Below are positions 38,331 to 50,350 of a DNA stretch of 64,000 nucleotides, piece by piece. A program made the translations under genes and the position numbers. The notes under the pieces are model-generated. The model was not told the DNA's origin, did not search any database, and worked only from the letters and a program-made list of their open reading frames with translations. This DNA is from Lama guanicoe (taxonomy: Eukaryota), in assembly GCA_013239625.1 (NCBI GenBank), contig MU053881.1:3164001-3228000 (forward strand). The letters are read 5' to 3'. The stretch's first letter is position 1. Each line of letters begins with the position of its first letter.

Positions 38331-39224
38331 GACCATTTAGACGGTCTGATCCACAGCAAAGAGCTAGATATGTGCTTTTCCACCTGATTGGACCCCTCCA
38401 GGAATGTGTGACAACCAGTAAATTCAACCCCAACTCCAAAATGCCCCCTGCTCCCTCCCGCCTTTCTCTTGGTTTGTGTGCTAAGTCATCATCCATCCAC
38501 TCATTTCTTCTCCCTCCCATCATCCTCCCTGGTTCTGGGCAGAAACGGGACTGACGAGACGAATCAGATTGTTTCTGTCCTTTAGGTGCTTCCAGGCCCG
38601 TGCAGGAGACAGCACAGACCGAGAAACAACACACAACCCCTGGACCTCCTCAGTTCCCAGGGACAGATCCCTGACCTAGAATTTGGTCACAGAGGGAAAT
38701 GGTTAACTCAGTGCCTTGCCGGTTCTCCATGCAGCTCAAGGATAGCGACCAGGAATGGAGCGCCCTTGGCTGGGCTGCGGGTGTGCCCGGAGCTTTGAGC
38801 AGAGTGGGGACCAGAGAGCCGAGATCTTCTAATTGAGCGGAGATTTAAAATGCAAAGAGAGGGACCTGAGAGAGGCCGCCAGACTGTCCTGGAAGGGAAA
38901 GAGCAGGAAAAAAATCAACAAGCCAGCATCTAAGGGTCCGTGTGGCCAGTGAAAGATCCTTCCTGGTGGGACTTTAGGATCAACTTCAGGTTAAAGCTGT
39001 TGCTTGTGCAACGTGCACTATCCACCCTCCATCCATTGCCGTAAATAGTCTCGGAATGAAGATCTGTGACACACAGAACATTGAGGTCGTGGCAATTTGG
39101 GGAGCGAAGTACTCAGACCTGCATCCAGCTCGGGGTGAGGTGGGGGTAGGGAGACGTGGGAAACAAAGATGGCGTCGAGAGTGAGAATGTGGAGGAAGCA
39201 GGAGATAAAAATGAGGGCTTGTGC

Positions 39225-39363
39225 AGGGTGGAGTGGGTGCTTAGCATGCACGAGGTCCTGGATTCAACCCCAGTACCTCCATTAAAAAAATAATAATAAA
39301 ATAAATAAATAAATAAATAAAACTAATTACTCCCCAACCCCCCTCCCCTCACAAAAAAACAAA
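39225..39363 (+). mobile_element. tRNA-derived SINE, 5'-degraded
   Basis: gtgcttagcatgcacgaggtcctggattcaaccccagtacctccattaaaaa...ctaattactcccc tail. Confidence 0.85.
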
Positions 39364-41095
39364 GGCTGCCTGGGAGAAATACAGATATCTCAAATGGGGG
39401 TGTGAGCTATTTTTATTTAAATATCCAAGAGCAGGCCTAGCCCAGCCCACCAGAGGCCCAGGGACCTCCAGGGAGCTGCCATCTGACTTATATTTGGGGC
39501 TTATCTGGGATCATGCTGGACTCAGTGGAGGGCCCTTTGCAGCCGGGGCTAACCCCTAGCCTAGGTCGAGACAGCATGGTGTCTTCTCTGTGCTGGGGGA
39601 GGACGGCCCTGGGCTAGGCAGACTCTCAGAGCACGCCGCAGAGTCAGAAGGAAGTTTTACAAACAAGTCTGAAGTCAGCCCAGCAGATTCTGGGGTGTGG
39701 GTTTCCTCCGTTTGAAGCTGGGCACTGCAGACGGAGCGTCAAGGCACCTGCAGCACTGAGAGAACTTTCTAGAGCCGATCCCCGGAGGCCTACAGACTTG
39801 AGGCAGAACCACCCCAGATGGGTCACTTCTGTAGGTTAGGGTACAGGGTGATGGGGTGAGAAGGGGACACACATGGTCCAGGGAGATGTGAGGGGGCACG
39901 CCAGCATCTCTGCCACAGAGCCTCCAGGAAAGTTCTGCAGAAGACGTGACCTTGCAGCTGGGCCTGGAGGAGAAAGAGGATGGTGTTAAGTGGCTCCTAA
40001 GGATGGGCTTCTCAGGCAGAAGGAAGAACGTGAGATAGATGGAGCTGGAGAAGGATGACACACCATTTTACTGATAAACACGAGCTTTTTAATCTCTTTC
40101 CTCATGCCTTTCTCCGTTCTGTTAAAAATGAGAAATTTATGCAGATTTATGCTAATTGCCCGCCCAGCACCCAGAATAGAAATAGTCGTGGGCAGAGGCT
40201 GCAGAATCCGCACTGCTGTGGGAACTTCTTGCTGTGAGAGATAAGAGTTTGTGGCTTCGGAGGAAGAAATCTGGACCCTGGTGCCTGATGCCCCTCTTGG
40301 GGAGGCCCCATGCTGCGGACATGTCACAGACCACGTGGTCATGTGGCCTGGGGTTCAGTATGTGACTGGCACTTGGGGGCTGTGTGACCTTGGGCAAGTC
40401 ATTCTGCCTCTCTCTGCCTTAGTTTCCAAAATCTCAAATAGAAAGGCAGATCTGTCCTCCTGCTGCTTTGTCTCCTCCAGGGCTGAGGCTCTCTGGTAGT
40501 TTGCCAGCTGGAACCCCAAGGCATCTTCTTACTTGATCTGGAAGCTGCCAGACTGCCTGACCTAAAGCACAAGGTCATTTTGATCTCTCTTTCACTCAGC
40601 CGCTAACACATCCTTTAAATAAGCAAAACATGCAAGCATACCCATCTTTCCTCCTCGACGCTGAAGTCAGAGTCCTGGTAACTTCTCTTCCAGGGTCAGC
40701 AGCCCCAGCTCCGTCAGCGGGGCTGGATCCCTATGCCCCTGGCTTCAGGGAGATGCCCAGAGAGGACCTGCCGCCTTTTCACCCCATGCCAAACAGGACA
40801 AAGTCATTCCTTCTTTGGTCTGGAAGATCCTGGAATGGCCAGAGCTTGAATTGGAGTCCTGGCTTGGCTGTGATGCCTTAGGCAAGTCCATTAACCAACC
40901 TGAGCTTCTTTTCTTAATCACTTAAATGGGACTGACAGCATTGACCTCACAGAATTATAAAGAGGAAGACATTAAATGAGACGGTATATGCCAAGTGGCA
41001 GATTATGTCCACTATAGATTTGCTCTTTGTCCCTAGTTCCTGCTACGGAGCTCCCAGAACCCTTGGAATACTTGGGAGTGACAAGAAGGTATTTT

Positions 41096-41399
41096 AATAA
41101 ATACAAATAAACCTACAAAACCAGAAACAGACTCACAGACATGGAAAACAAACTTATGGTTACCAAAGGGGACCAGAAGGTGTGGGGAAGGACAAACAAG
41201 GAGTACGGGGTCAACAGATACAAATTATGATACATAAAATAGACATACAAAAAGGACTTACTGTATAGCATAGGGAATGATACCCAACATCTTGCAATAA
41301 CCTATAATGGAATATAATTTGCAAAAAAACCTGAATCAGTATGCTGTATACCTGAAACCAACACAATATTGCCAATCAACTATACTCCAATTAAAAAAG
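41096..41399 (+). mobile_element. L1 3' end
   Basis: aaaaccagaaacagactcacagacatggaaaacaaacttatggttacc...tatactccaattaaaaaa. Confidence 0.85.
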
Positions 41400-41400
41400 A

Positions 41401-41572
41401 TTTTTCTTTTTTTAAAAATAATTTGTTTATTACTATGTTATTTAATTACTTTATTTTGGCAGTAGGGAGGTAATCAGGCTTACATAATTTTAGAGGAGGT
41501 ACTGGGGATTGAACCTAGGACCTCATGCATGCTAAGTATGCGCTCTACCATTCGAGCTGAACCCTCCCTCCT
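41401..41572 (-). mobile_element. tRNA-derived SINE (Vic-1-like)
   Basis: gaggtactggggattgaacctaggacctcatgcatgctaagtatgcgctctacc. Confidence 0.85.
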
Positions 41573-44082
41573 GAAGAATGTTTTTCCTATGATAATGAGA
41601 TAACTGGTGGCTGGGAGCCCCTAAATAGCTTCAGATGGAGGCTGGCTGCTGAAAGACCAAGGTGTGATTGAGTTTCATCTTTCGGCCCCACCCCTAACCT
41701 CTGGGGAGCATTGAGGGGCTGGAGATTGGGTTAATCACGGGTGGTCAGATGATTTATGCTTATGGAATGAAACCTCCGTAAAACTCCTGAACCAGGGAGT
41801 CCAAAGAGCTTCTGGGTTGGGGAACACATCGAGGTACTGGGAGGCTGGTGTGCCCAGCGAGGACATGGAGGTCCCCGCCCCTCCCGGATACCTCGCTCTC
41901 TGCACCTCTTCCATCGGGCTGACCTGAGCTGCAGCCTTTGTAAGGAACTGGTACTAGTATGGAAAGTGCTTTCCTGAATTCTGTGGGTTGTTCTAGCAAA
42001 TGATTAAACTTGACAAGGAGGTTATGGGAATCCCCTGAATTTAGAGCTGGTTGGTCAAAAGTACGCGTGGCATCCTGGGGCTTGCAATGGCTGTTTTAAA
42101 TGGGGCGGTCTGTGATATTCAATTTCTTGTCATAACTTGTGATGGAAAAGCAACTGAAAAAAATATACATGTATGTACGTTTGGAAAAAAAAAGAAATGG
42201 ACTTTAAAAAACCCATTGGAGCCATAACGTCTGTTACAAAATAATAAAACAATATTTCTCTAATAAAATTTTTAAAAAAGAAACACGGACTAGGTTTTGC
42301 ACACTGCCTCAAGGATTACGAAGAGCTTTTGCTTAGGGTACCAAATTGGATACCAAGATGGGCTTTCCCCCACACTGTTCCTTTGGTGAGCAGCCCACGT
42401 GGGCTTCTGAGCTCAGGGAAAGATGTTCTGGAGAGACTGAAGGCGGCCGGGATGGTAATAAGAAGTACACTGTTGGTGAATTGAAAGCAATAGCAAAATG
42501 AACTGAAGGTCACTTCGCGTGCCTGCAATTCTAAACAGTGCCAGTGGCAAAGTATTCCTCCCTGAAAAAATGGCTGCTGGTGGAAGTTCTAAATAATTGC
42601 TTTGGTCATTGCTGAGAGTTTTAATATGGCAGTTTCATATTAGCACATTTTTATGACTTATTCTTGAAAAAGATATTATTCCACATGGAAATTAATTCTG
42701 AGAACTCCCCACTGTACAGTCTGACCCAGATACACTCAGACTCAGCGGTGAGCTCTTGTTTTATGAGGAAGTTTGTAACGATTTGGGCTTGTTCAAGTTC
42801 ACTTTGGGGAGGGATTCAAGATGCTGGCCAGTCCCACACTCGGACAATCGATTTGAAAGAAGTGTGAAAGCACAGGAACTGCAAAGACGAAGGAGTCGAA
42901 CTTGTGTTCCTTCAATTCCATCATTCCGCGTGGCTGCTTAGAGTCTGTGTTTGTCTTTAAAATTTAAAACAGTAGAAGAAAGCGCAATCAGCGAGGTGTG
43001 GTATTTTTGTTTGATAGTGTAAAGTTTAGTTCATGCATGAAATCTGTCAATATTCTTTTATTTCCAGAGATTATAATTTAATACCTTCCTCAAATAGAGG
43101 GAAGGCTAAAAAATGATCCAGGTGTCAAATATGGTAGGTGCAGCCCTGCCAGCGAACCAACAAGACTGAGGCCAGGTGCCCAGGGGGAGCTGGAGTGGCT
43201 TTCCCCCCTCAGATCAGAACCGCCCAAGGATCTGGGACACTGAGCCTGTGTGTTGTGGTCACATGAAGGAGGCAACAGTTGATATGATAGATGAACACAC
43301 AGGCTTTGGCATTAAAGGGCAGGCTTCTATAGCTGTGTGGCCTTGAGTAAGTCACTGCACCTCTCTGAGCCTCAGTGTTGTCATCTGTGAAATAGAGATG
43401 ACCACAGCACACACCTCCTGGTCTCATTGGAGGGTCCAATGAGATCATGTGGCCAAACTCTGCTTGGCTCACAGTTGGAGGACAAGCTTTGGTGGCCAGT
43501 GTGAATGATAAAATTTCCATACCCCGAAGGCCGGCAGGGAAGGGAAAGCCAGCAGGCAGAACAGACTGTGAGCCTGGGTATTTCCAGCATGATCCGAGGT
43601 GGCCGTGGTGACCAGAGGAACAGAGGATCTCTTGAAGGGCTCCAGCCCCAGTTCAGAGAGTCTGATGTCTCCAAAGAAGCTGGAAATAAGGAGTTTTAAG
43701 TAAAATCTCTTCTTTGAAAATGTTGACTCAAATAGTTTGAATATACTGTGAGGGTCAAACAAAACAAAACTGTGGGCTGAGTTTGATCCAAGAGCCACTA
43801 GTGAGCAACCATAGTTGAAGCAATGATGGATCCCAAAGCACAGCAAGAAGGAAGTCCACTGCTCTGAGAAGCATCAGTGAGCCTCTCTTCCCCTTTGTCT
43901 CCAGTTCTCTGTCTTTTTCTCTCTCTCACTCTCTATTTTATCTGCCACGCTGTCAGTTGTTGTCTCTGGAAGACAAGGACCCTAAAATCATAACCATGGT
44001 ACCATTATCATACCTAAAATTTAACAATACTTCATCAGATACCCAGTAAAGAGCCAGCATTTCCCCTGTTGCTGCTTATATA

Positions 44083-44858
44083 TGTCAATGAAAAATTAAT
44101 CAGTCATCTAAAAAAGAAACGGAAAATTTTATTTGGGTCAAATTTGAGGATTATAACCCGGGAAAAGCATCTCAGAAAGTCCTGAGAACTGTTCAGTTGG
44201 TTAAAAATCAAGGCACAGATATGTTAGTTTTTTGAGACAGGGGCTGTATATCAAATAACGTGTTATTTTTTTTTGTCTTTTTTTTTAATTGAGGTACAGT
44301 CAGTTTACAATGTTGTGTCAATTTCTGGTGTATTGCACAATGCTTTAGGCATACATGGATATACAGATATTCACTTTGATATGTTTTTTCACCATAAGCT
44401 ACTACAAGATATTGAATTTATTTCCCTGTGCTATACAGTGTAAACTTGTTTATCTATTTTATATATACCAGTCAGTATCTGCAAATCTTGAACTCCCGGT
44501 TTATCCCTTCCCACTCCCCTCCCCCCGACCCCCGGGCAACCACAAGTCTGTATTCTATGTCAAATGACGTATTATTGACAATTTACAGAATCCAGATCTA
44601 AGCAGCATCCTGGTGGGTCATGTGACCCCTTATAAGATCCGGAAAGACTGTTACCTTTTAAGGAGTTGTCTTGCTGATGCGAAGAGAATGTTGCTCTTTA
44701 TGGCTGAGCAGGGATTTCTGCTGATGGTGGAGCTTTGGTCCATGTATAATGCAGACACGCCAGGCACAACAGGGTGAGAGAGGAGGCCAGAGAGCAGAGA
44801 AGAATTTTTAGGTTGGAATTTTTCTTGTCTTGCCATAAAATATGAATTTTATTTCACA
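44083..44858 (-). mobile_element. ERV1-class solo LTR (split by an L1)
   Basis: TG...CA termini with 4-bp TSD TATA (44079-44082 / 44859-44862); minus-strand AATAAA near 44128. Confidence 0.7.
44268..44559 (-). mobile_element. Young L1 3' end nested in the LTR
   Basis: TSD tcaaataacgtgttatt 44251-44267 / tcaaatgacgtattatt 44560-44576. Confidence 0.9.
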
Positions 44859-45591
44859 TATACATATGTTACCATTTCTGGGTTCTAATTCAATGTTTTC
44901 AAACCTTTTTTTCACCATGGCCCCCTAAGAGATTTTTTCCTACATATATTTCTCTGTGTAAACTGTGGCCCTTGGGAGGGCCATGAGCCACTGGAAGAGC
45001 TAAGATTTTCCACTCTCCCAAGAAAGAAGTTTTACTCCCTGAGAGGGTGACTTCCCCCCCTTCCCCCTTTAAAAACTTGTGCTCTAATGTGGTCCAAATA
45101 TGGCAAGGACCACAGCAGAACAATTGGCTGATGTGTCTCCTCAAACCCTTGCAAGGTTGTCCTTCCATCTCTTTCTCTCTCTCTCAATTTTAAAAGCAAT
45201 TTTTTGTTGTTGAGGAAACATGCTCATTTGTCTTGTCGTGTTTCCCCCAGGCTGCGTTTGCCGACTGCAGCCTCCTGGTGTCCCTTCCCGTGGTCCTCTG
45301 TCCCCTGCACTTCCTGGGCCTTGCTGGCTGGATCCAGTCAAGGCTGAATCAGTCAGATGGGGATTAATCTTTATTTTCTTTCTTTTGCAAGATGATTTTT
45401 TTTTGAAATGGGAGCAGACAGTGTTGAGCAAGATCTGGATTCATTAATTTATTAGGATTTTCTCTCCGTTTTAAGAAAAAGGTTTCTAAGAGTGAATTCC
45501 TCAAAGGGCTAGAAATTTTAGCTTTTCTTCAGGGTTTATTTGTTGCACTCCCTGCAAAGATCATGTAAACCCTCTTCATCTAAAACACAAA

Positions 45592-45822
45592 GTTTTGAGA
45601 TTTGCAGATACTGACTGGTATATATAAAATAGGTAAACAAGTGTATACTGTATGGCACAGGGAAATATATTCAATATCTTGTAGTAGCTCACAGTGAAAA
45701 AGAATATGAAAATGAATATATGTATATTCATGTATGACTGAAGCATTGTGCTGCACACCAGAAATTGACACATTGTAAACTGACCATAACTCAATAAAAA
45801 TAAATTAATTAATTTAAAAAAA
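45592..45822 (+). mobile_element. Young L1 3' end
   Basis: tttgagatttgcagatactgactgg...ctcaataaaaa. Confidence 0.85.
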
Positions 45823-46670
45823 GCCCACAAAGGCGCTAGTTAAACATTCCGTTCTGGCTTTAGGAAGACAGTGAGCTAATATCCGGGAAATTTATGCATT
45901 TCGTAGCCCTTGACAAACACGAGGGAAAAGGATGACCAACCAGAAAAGTCCTGTCTTTCTGCTTTCTTTTCCTTCTTGCCTCCATTTATAAGTCCATCCT
46001 AAGCACCTGTTACATGTGCTGGACCCTGTCTGAGGCCCCTGGGATTCAGGACTTGAGATGTACAGAGTGGGGAGCTTATGTTCTCAGAATGAACCTGCCC
46101 CTTCCCTGCAGCTCAGTCACAAACTGTCTTTTCTCTTGCCCTGAATTTTTCTGTGGCGTAAACAGCAAAAGCACACCCTTGGCTGGGCCTGGGATCGGGG
46201 ACATGCTTCCAGAAGAGTCCAGTTGGGAACAAGGGGGTGGGGAAACAGATGTCTCCTTTGCTGAGGGGGACCACGCCCCGACCCGTGCTCGCCTGCAGAT
46301 GCTGGTCTGGACATCTCACTGTCGGCTCTCTTGCCTGCCTGCAGCACCACGGCTCAGTTCAGCAGGATTAGTGACAGTGGTTTGTCGTGAGAGGAAGGAC
46401 GGGCAGTCCCTGGCTTCTGTCCCTCCACGTCCCTCCCATGCAGATGTCCTCCCAGGATCACCTGGTAGCTGCTGGAGACCCTGATTTGTCCTGATTTTCA
46501 CCGCTTCTAACTTCCTGACACTTCCCCATCTCCCGTGCCGGGAGCCAGGTCCAAAGGGGCGGAGACTCCATGCTCAGCTCCAAACAAGTACGCCTTTGAT
46601 CCTGGTCTAAGTATCTCCAGCTCCTGCCCTCTGCTTTTGCCAGTTGCCTTCTCCTTAAAAATAGGACCCC

Positions 46671-47133
46671 AACGACTCAGCCATAAAAAAAGTAAAATAA
46701 AAGAATGCCATTTGCAGCAACATGGATGGACCCAGAGATCGTCATACTAAGCGAAGTAAGCCAGAAAGAGAAAGAAAAATACCATATGATATCACTTACA
46801 TGTGGAATCTAAAAAAAGGACACAAATGAACTCATTTACAAAACAGAGACAGATTCACAGACATAGAGAACAAACTTACGGTTACCAGGGTGTAAAGGGG
46901 GTGGGGAAGGATAAATTGGGAGTTCGGGATGTGCAGATACTGACTACTATACATAAAATAGATAAACAACAAGGTCCTACTGTGTAGCACAGGGAATTAT
47001 ATTCAATAGCTTGTAATAGCCTGTAATGAAAAAAATACGAAAAGAAATATATAAATATACATGTATAAATGAATCACTATGCTGTACACCAGAAATTAAC
47101 ACATTGTAAATCTACTACACTTCAATTAAAAAA
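46671..47133 (+). mobile_element. 5'-truncated L1 (3'UTR + poly-A)
   Basis: Perfect TSD AAAAATAGGACCCC at 46657-46670 and 47134-47147 at a TT/AAAA endonuclease site. Confidence 0.95.
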
Positions 47134-48081
47134 AAAAATAGGACCCCCCCCAGCTCCCACCTGTCACCCCAAGGGGAGGAGGCTGCCAAAGAATCTGCTG
47201 AGTGAACACTTCAGGGGCAAGCATCCAAAGAGGTATTTTCAGGAGGGGAGAGGCAATGCTCCCTTAAGAGCCAATGCAAATTTGGAAGAAAGTCCTGCAG
47301 GGCTGGTAGCAGGGTGATCATCCCACAAAGCCAGACTGTGCAGGGCTGGGTTTAGCCAAAGCCTGGCTTGCAATGCTAATTAAGCAGAATCCTTGAGGCG
47401 TGGAGGGAGGAAATGTGAGAATCTGAGAGGGTCTAAGAACCGGAATCTGGCTTCCTCCCGGAGCTGGTCTCTAGACACCAGCTCTTTGAATTCTGAATTA
47501 CCCGAAGATCAGGTGAGATCACATATACAGAAGGGCTTTTGCCATCAGCGAAATGCTCCAGTCGAGTGAAACTTTTTTTATCGAGATGAATTTTTATCTT
47601 GATCTTGGAGGGTGATGCAGGAGTGAAGGACTTGGAAAGGGATGAGAATATTATATGCCAAGTCCTCTCGAAACGTGGATCTCACTTCAACTCTACAGCC
47701 CTTGCTTGAAGGAGGAATTCTTATGCCATGATTTATCAGACTCTGGAAGCTCCTTTTTTATTTTACGCATTCCAGAAACATCCTGGATTGGGTGCTAGAG
47801 TAAAGAGAGCCTTCCAGACGATTCTCCCAGTCTGTCCATTTCTTTATTCACTCATTCCATCAATGTGCATGGAGGGCTGGCCTTCCTGCCATTTCACAAA
47901 TGAGGACCCCGGAGTTCAGAGCCAAGGGCTTACCAGCTGGGTGACCCTGGCCAAGCCACTTTGCTCCTCTGGACTTCCATTTCTTTATGTGTGAAAATGG
48001 GGATAACAGAATGGTTTTCCGGTCCTCTGTGAGGATTCATGGAGAACCGGGCACACAGAAGGGACTCCATAAAGCAGTAGG

Positions 48082-49510
48082 TCAGGGCTTTTCTTTACTG
48101 TGTAGATTTGGGAGTCTATCTTGGAATATAACGCCCCCTAGGGGGCATTTTGGGAATGGAGGGCAGCATTTTTATTGTCACAAGGATTGTGGATGCTGCT
48201 GGCAATTGGAGGAGGCGACCAAGATGCTTGAGTCCTGCGGGCATGAAAGCTCCGCACAGCAAGGCACCGGAAGAATTGTCTGCCTTCCTCCAGACTTTAA
48301 AATGCACCCCTCCCCCAGGCTAAACAGTACAAATATAATCAATAATACTTCAATTTTTTAAAGTAAAACTGTGAGACACTGCATGAAACCCTGGTAATTC
48401 AGAAGTTTCTTCTGGAGAGAATTCAATGCAAGAAAATTTTTCTTTTGAGATGATTGGCCAATTTCTTTTTTATACACATCTAACTTATCTTTTACCATTG
48501 CTGTAGTTGAAAAAGGGCTTCCAGCCACCGCACAGTTACTGTGAAAGCAGTCACTCCCTGCATATTCTTTATAAAAAACCTAGAACCAAGTTGTGTTAAA
48601 TTAGTGGCGATACATAAAAAGGAGAACTCTCACTAAATTTCATTACTAAAAATTTCCAAAACAGTCAAAATGACTGCGATTCAAAATAGTTTCAAATCTT
48701 CCTGTGGCCCAATGATAAGAAATCTATGCTCGGAAAGTTCCACATTCAATTTTTTATTTGGGGATTGCCTGTTCTTTTCCATTTTTACTCAGTTGTCTGC
48801 GTAGCTTTTCTAAAGCCTCTTTTCTTATTATTCTTTTTCTTTTCCATCCATATGCTGTGTTTTGTATCCTCTGCAAGGACACAGATCTGCAGGTCTCTGA
48901 ACCTGGCCGTATACCTCCATGGGTACTGAAATTTCAAGGCAGGAAGTATGTTTCCTGAGATGCGCTGGGCTGCCCTGTTCTGTGTCGCAAGGCAGGGAAT
49001 TACCTGGACGCTGCATTTGTAAAGCTTCCCCGTGAGGCTGTCACATGTCCTCATGTCCTTTACCTGTCTTGGTCTGGTCACCAAACTTCAATTAAGATTA
49101 TCTCCCTTTCTCTTCTCACGTAGGAAGATGTCCAGTCTATTTATATTAATTAAACCCTGATGCTAGCTTTTAATGTAAGGTCCACTCTGCCTCTGGTCCT
49201 TCATTTCCCTGCACTTCTTATGCCTTTATCCATCAGACACTGAGCTCTTCATTCCCCTTTAAACCAAATTTATAAGTTATAAATAAGAGCCAGTGTCTGA
49301 CTGTCATCACTTCACTACACCTTCTGATGCAGTCCTGCCAGAGCACTTAAGTATAGAAATACATATTATTGTATTATGAACTTTTTCCTTTTACACTATG
49401 GGTGAGAGATTTCATATATATATATTAAAATCATGTATACATTACATTAGATTAAAATTTCAGAAGAGCAAAGGAAATACTTTAAGAAAAGTTAAGCAAA
49501 TTTAGCTTCT
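48082..49510. mobile_element. Decayed hAT-Charlie DNA transposon (MER20/MER20B-related), internally deleted
   Basis: MER20-like left part; AT-rich body; minus-strand hand translation near 48640-48760 (KKLNVELSEHRFLIIGPQEDLK...LEIFSNE) weakly resembles Charlie transposase N-termini. Confidence 0.5.
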
Positions 49511-50044
49511 CCCTAAGAGATCACTCTTCGTAACAGCACAGATTGGCTATGCCAGTTACACGTATTTCTGATTCACTTTCAAACATTTATTATAAAAAGG
49601 AGAGCATTGTGTGTCCAAGGATGGAGAGCCTCGGATCTGGATGAGTCCAAATTACATCCAGTCCCTCAGGATTGAAGACTCACATGTGGCCTCAGGGTCC
49701 TCCCCACAGGACACATCCCCCTGCTCTGCCCCACTCCACCCCTGAAGTGATGGGATGTGGGGATCCCTCCCTGCTTACCCACAGTCAAGGAGGGTCATTT
49801 GAGACAGACAACATGGGCATGTCACATTTGAGGAAGACAGACCCAGGCACCAGCCCCATGTCTGCCCTGTCGGGAGGGTCAGTTGTTGAAAGGATCCAGG
49901 CAGCTCCTCACAACATGCTTCCTGCCTCACTACTTTGGGGACATTTTGGGGCCTGAGAATGGCTGAGACAGAGGGGTGACTTGCTCAGTGCTTCCCAAAC
50001 GTCATTTTGGAGGACCATTGTCTGATATTTGCCATGTCCTGCCT

Positions 50045-50280
50045 ATGTCATGAAAAGCACAGAATCTAGATCTGAGCTGCCTTGGTTTAAATCCTCCCCC
50101 TACTCTCTACTATGTGGCCACGGGCAAATTACTCAACCACTCTGTGCCTCTGTTTTCCCCATCTGTAAAATGGGTTATAATCATGGAACCTACCCGATAG
50201 GTTTGTTGTAAGGCTTTAACAAATTAATCCATGAGTAGTGATTATACAGTTGCTGGATACACGTTGTGTAATTAACATTT

Positions 50281-50317
<37 letters not shown>

Positions 50318-50350
50318 TTTCTTTCTTTCTTTCTTTCTTTTTTTTTTTTT
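50045..50350 (+). mobile_element. MIR followed by a (TTTC)n microsatellite (~50278-50350)
   Basis: gggcaaattactcaaccactctgtgcctctgttttccccatctgtaaaatggg; visible TTTC run. Confidence 0.85.

Larger units (their letters stand above)
41005..42112 (+). mobile_element. MER21-like LTR interrupted at ~41096-41572
   Basis: gagctcccagaacccttggaata...; resumes at tatgataatgagataactggtggctgg. Confidence 0.75.

Noticed and set aside
46341..46358. REST/NRSE-like CAGCACCACGGCTCAG
   Set aside because: The right half-site departs from GGACAG; match too weak
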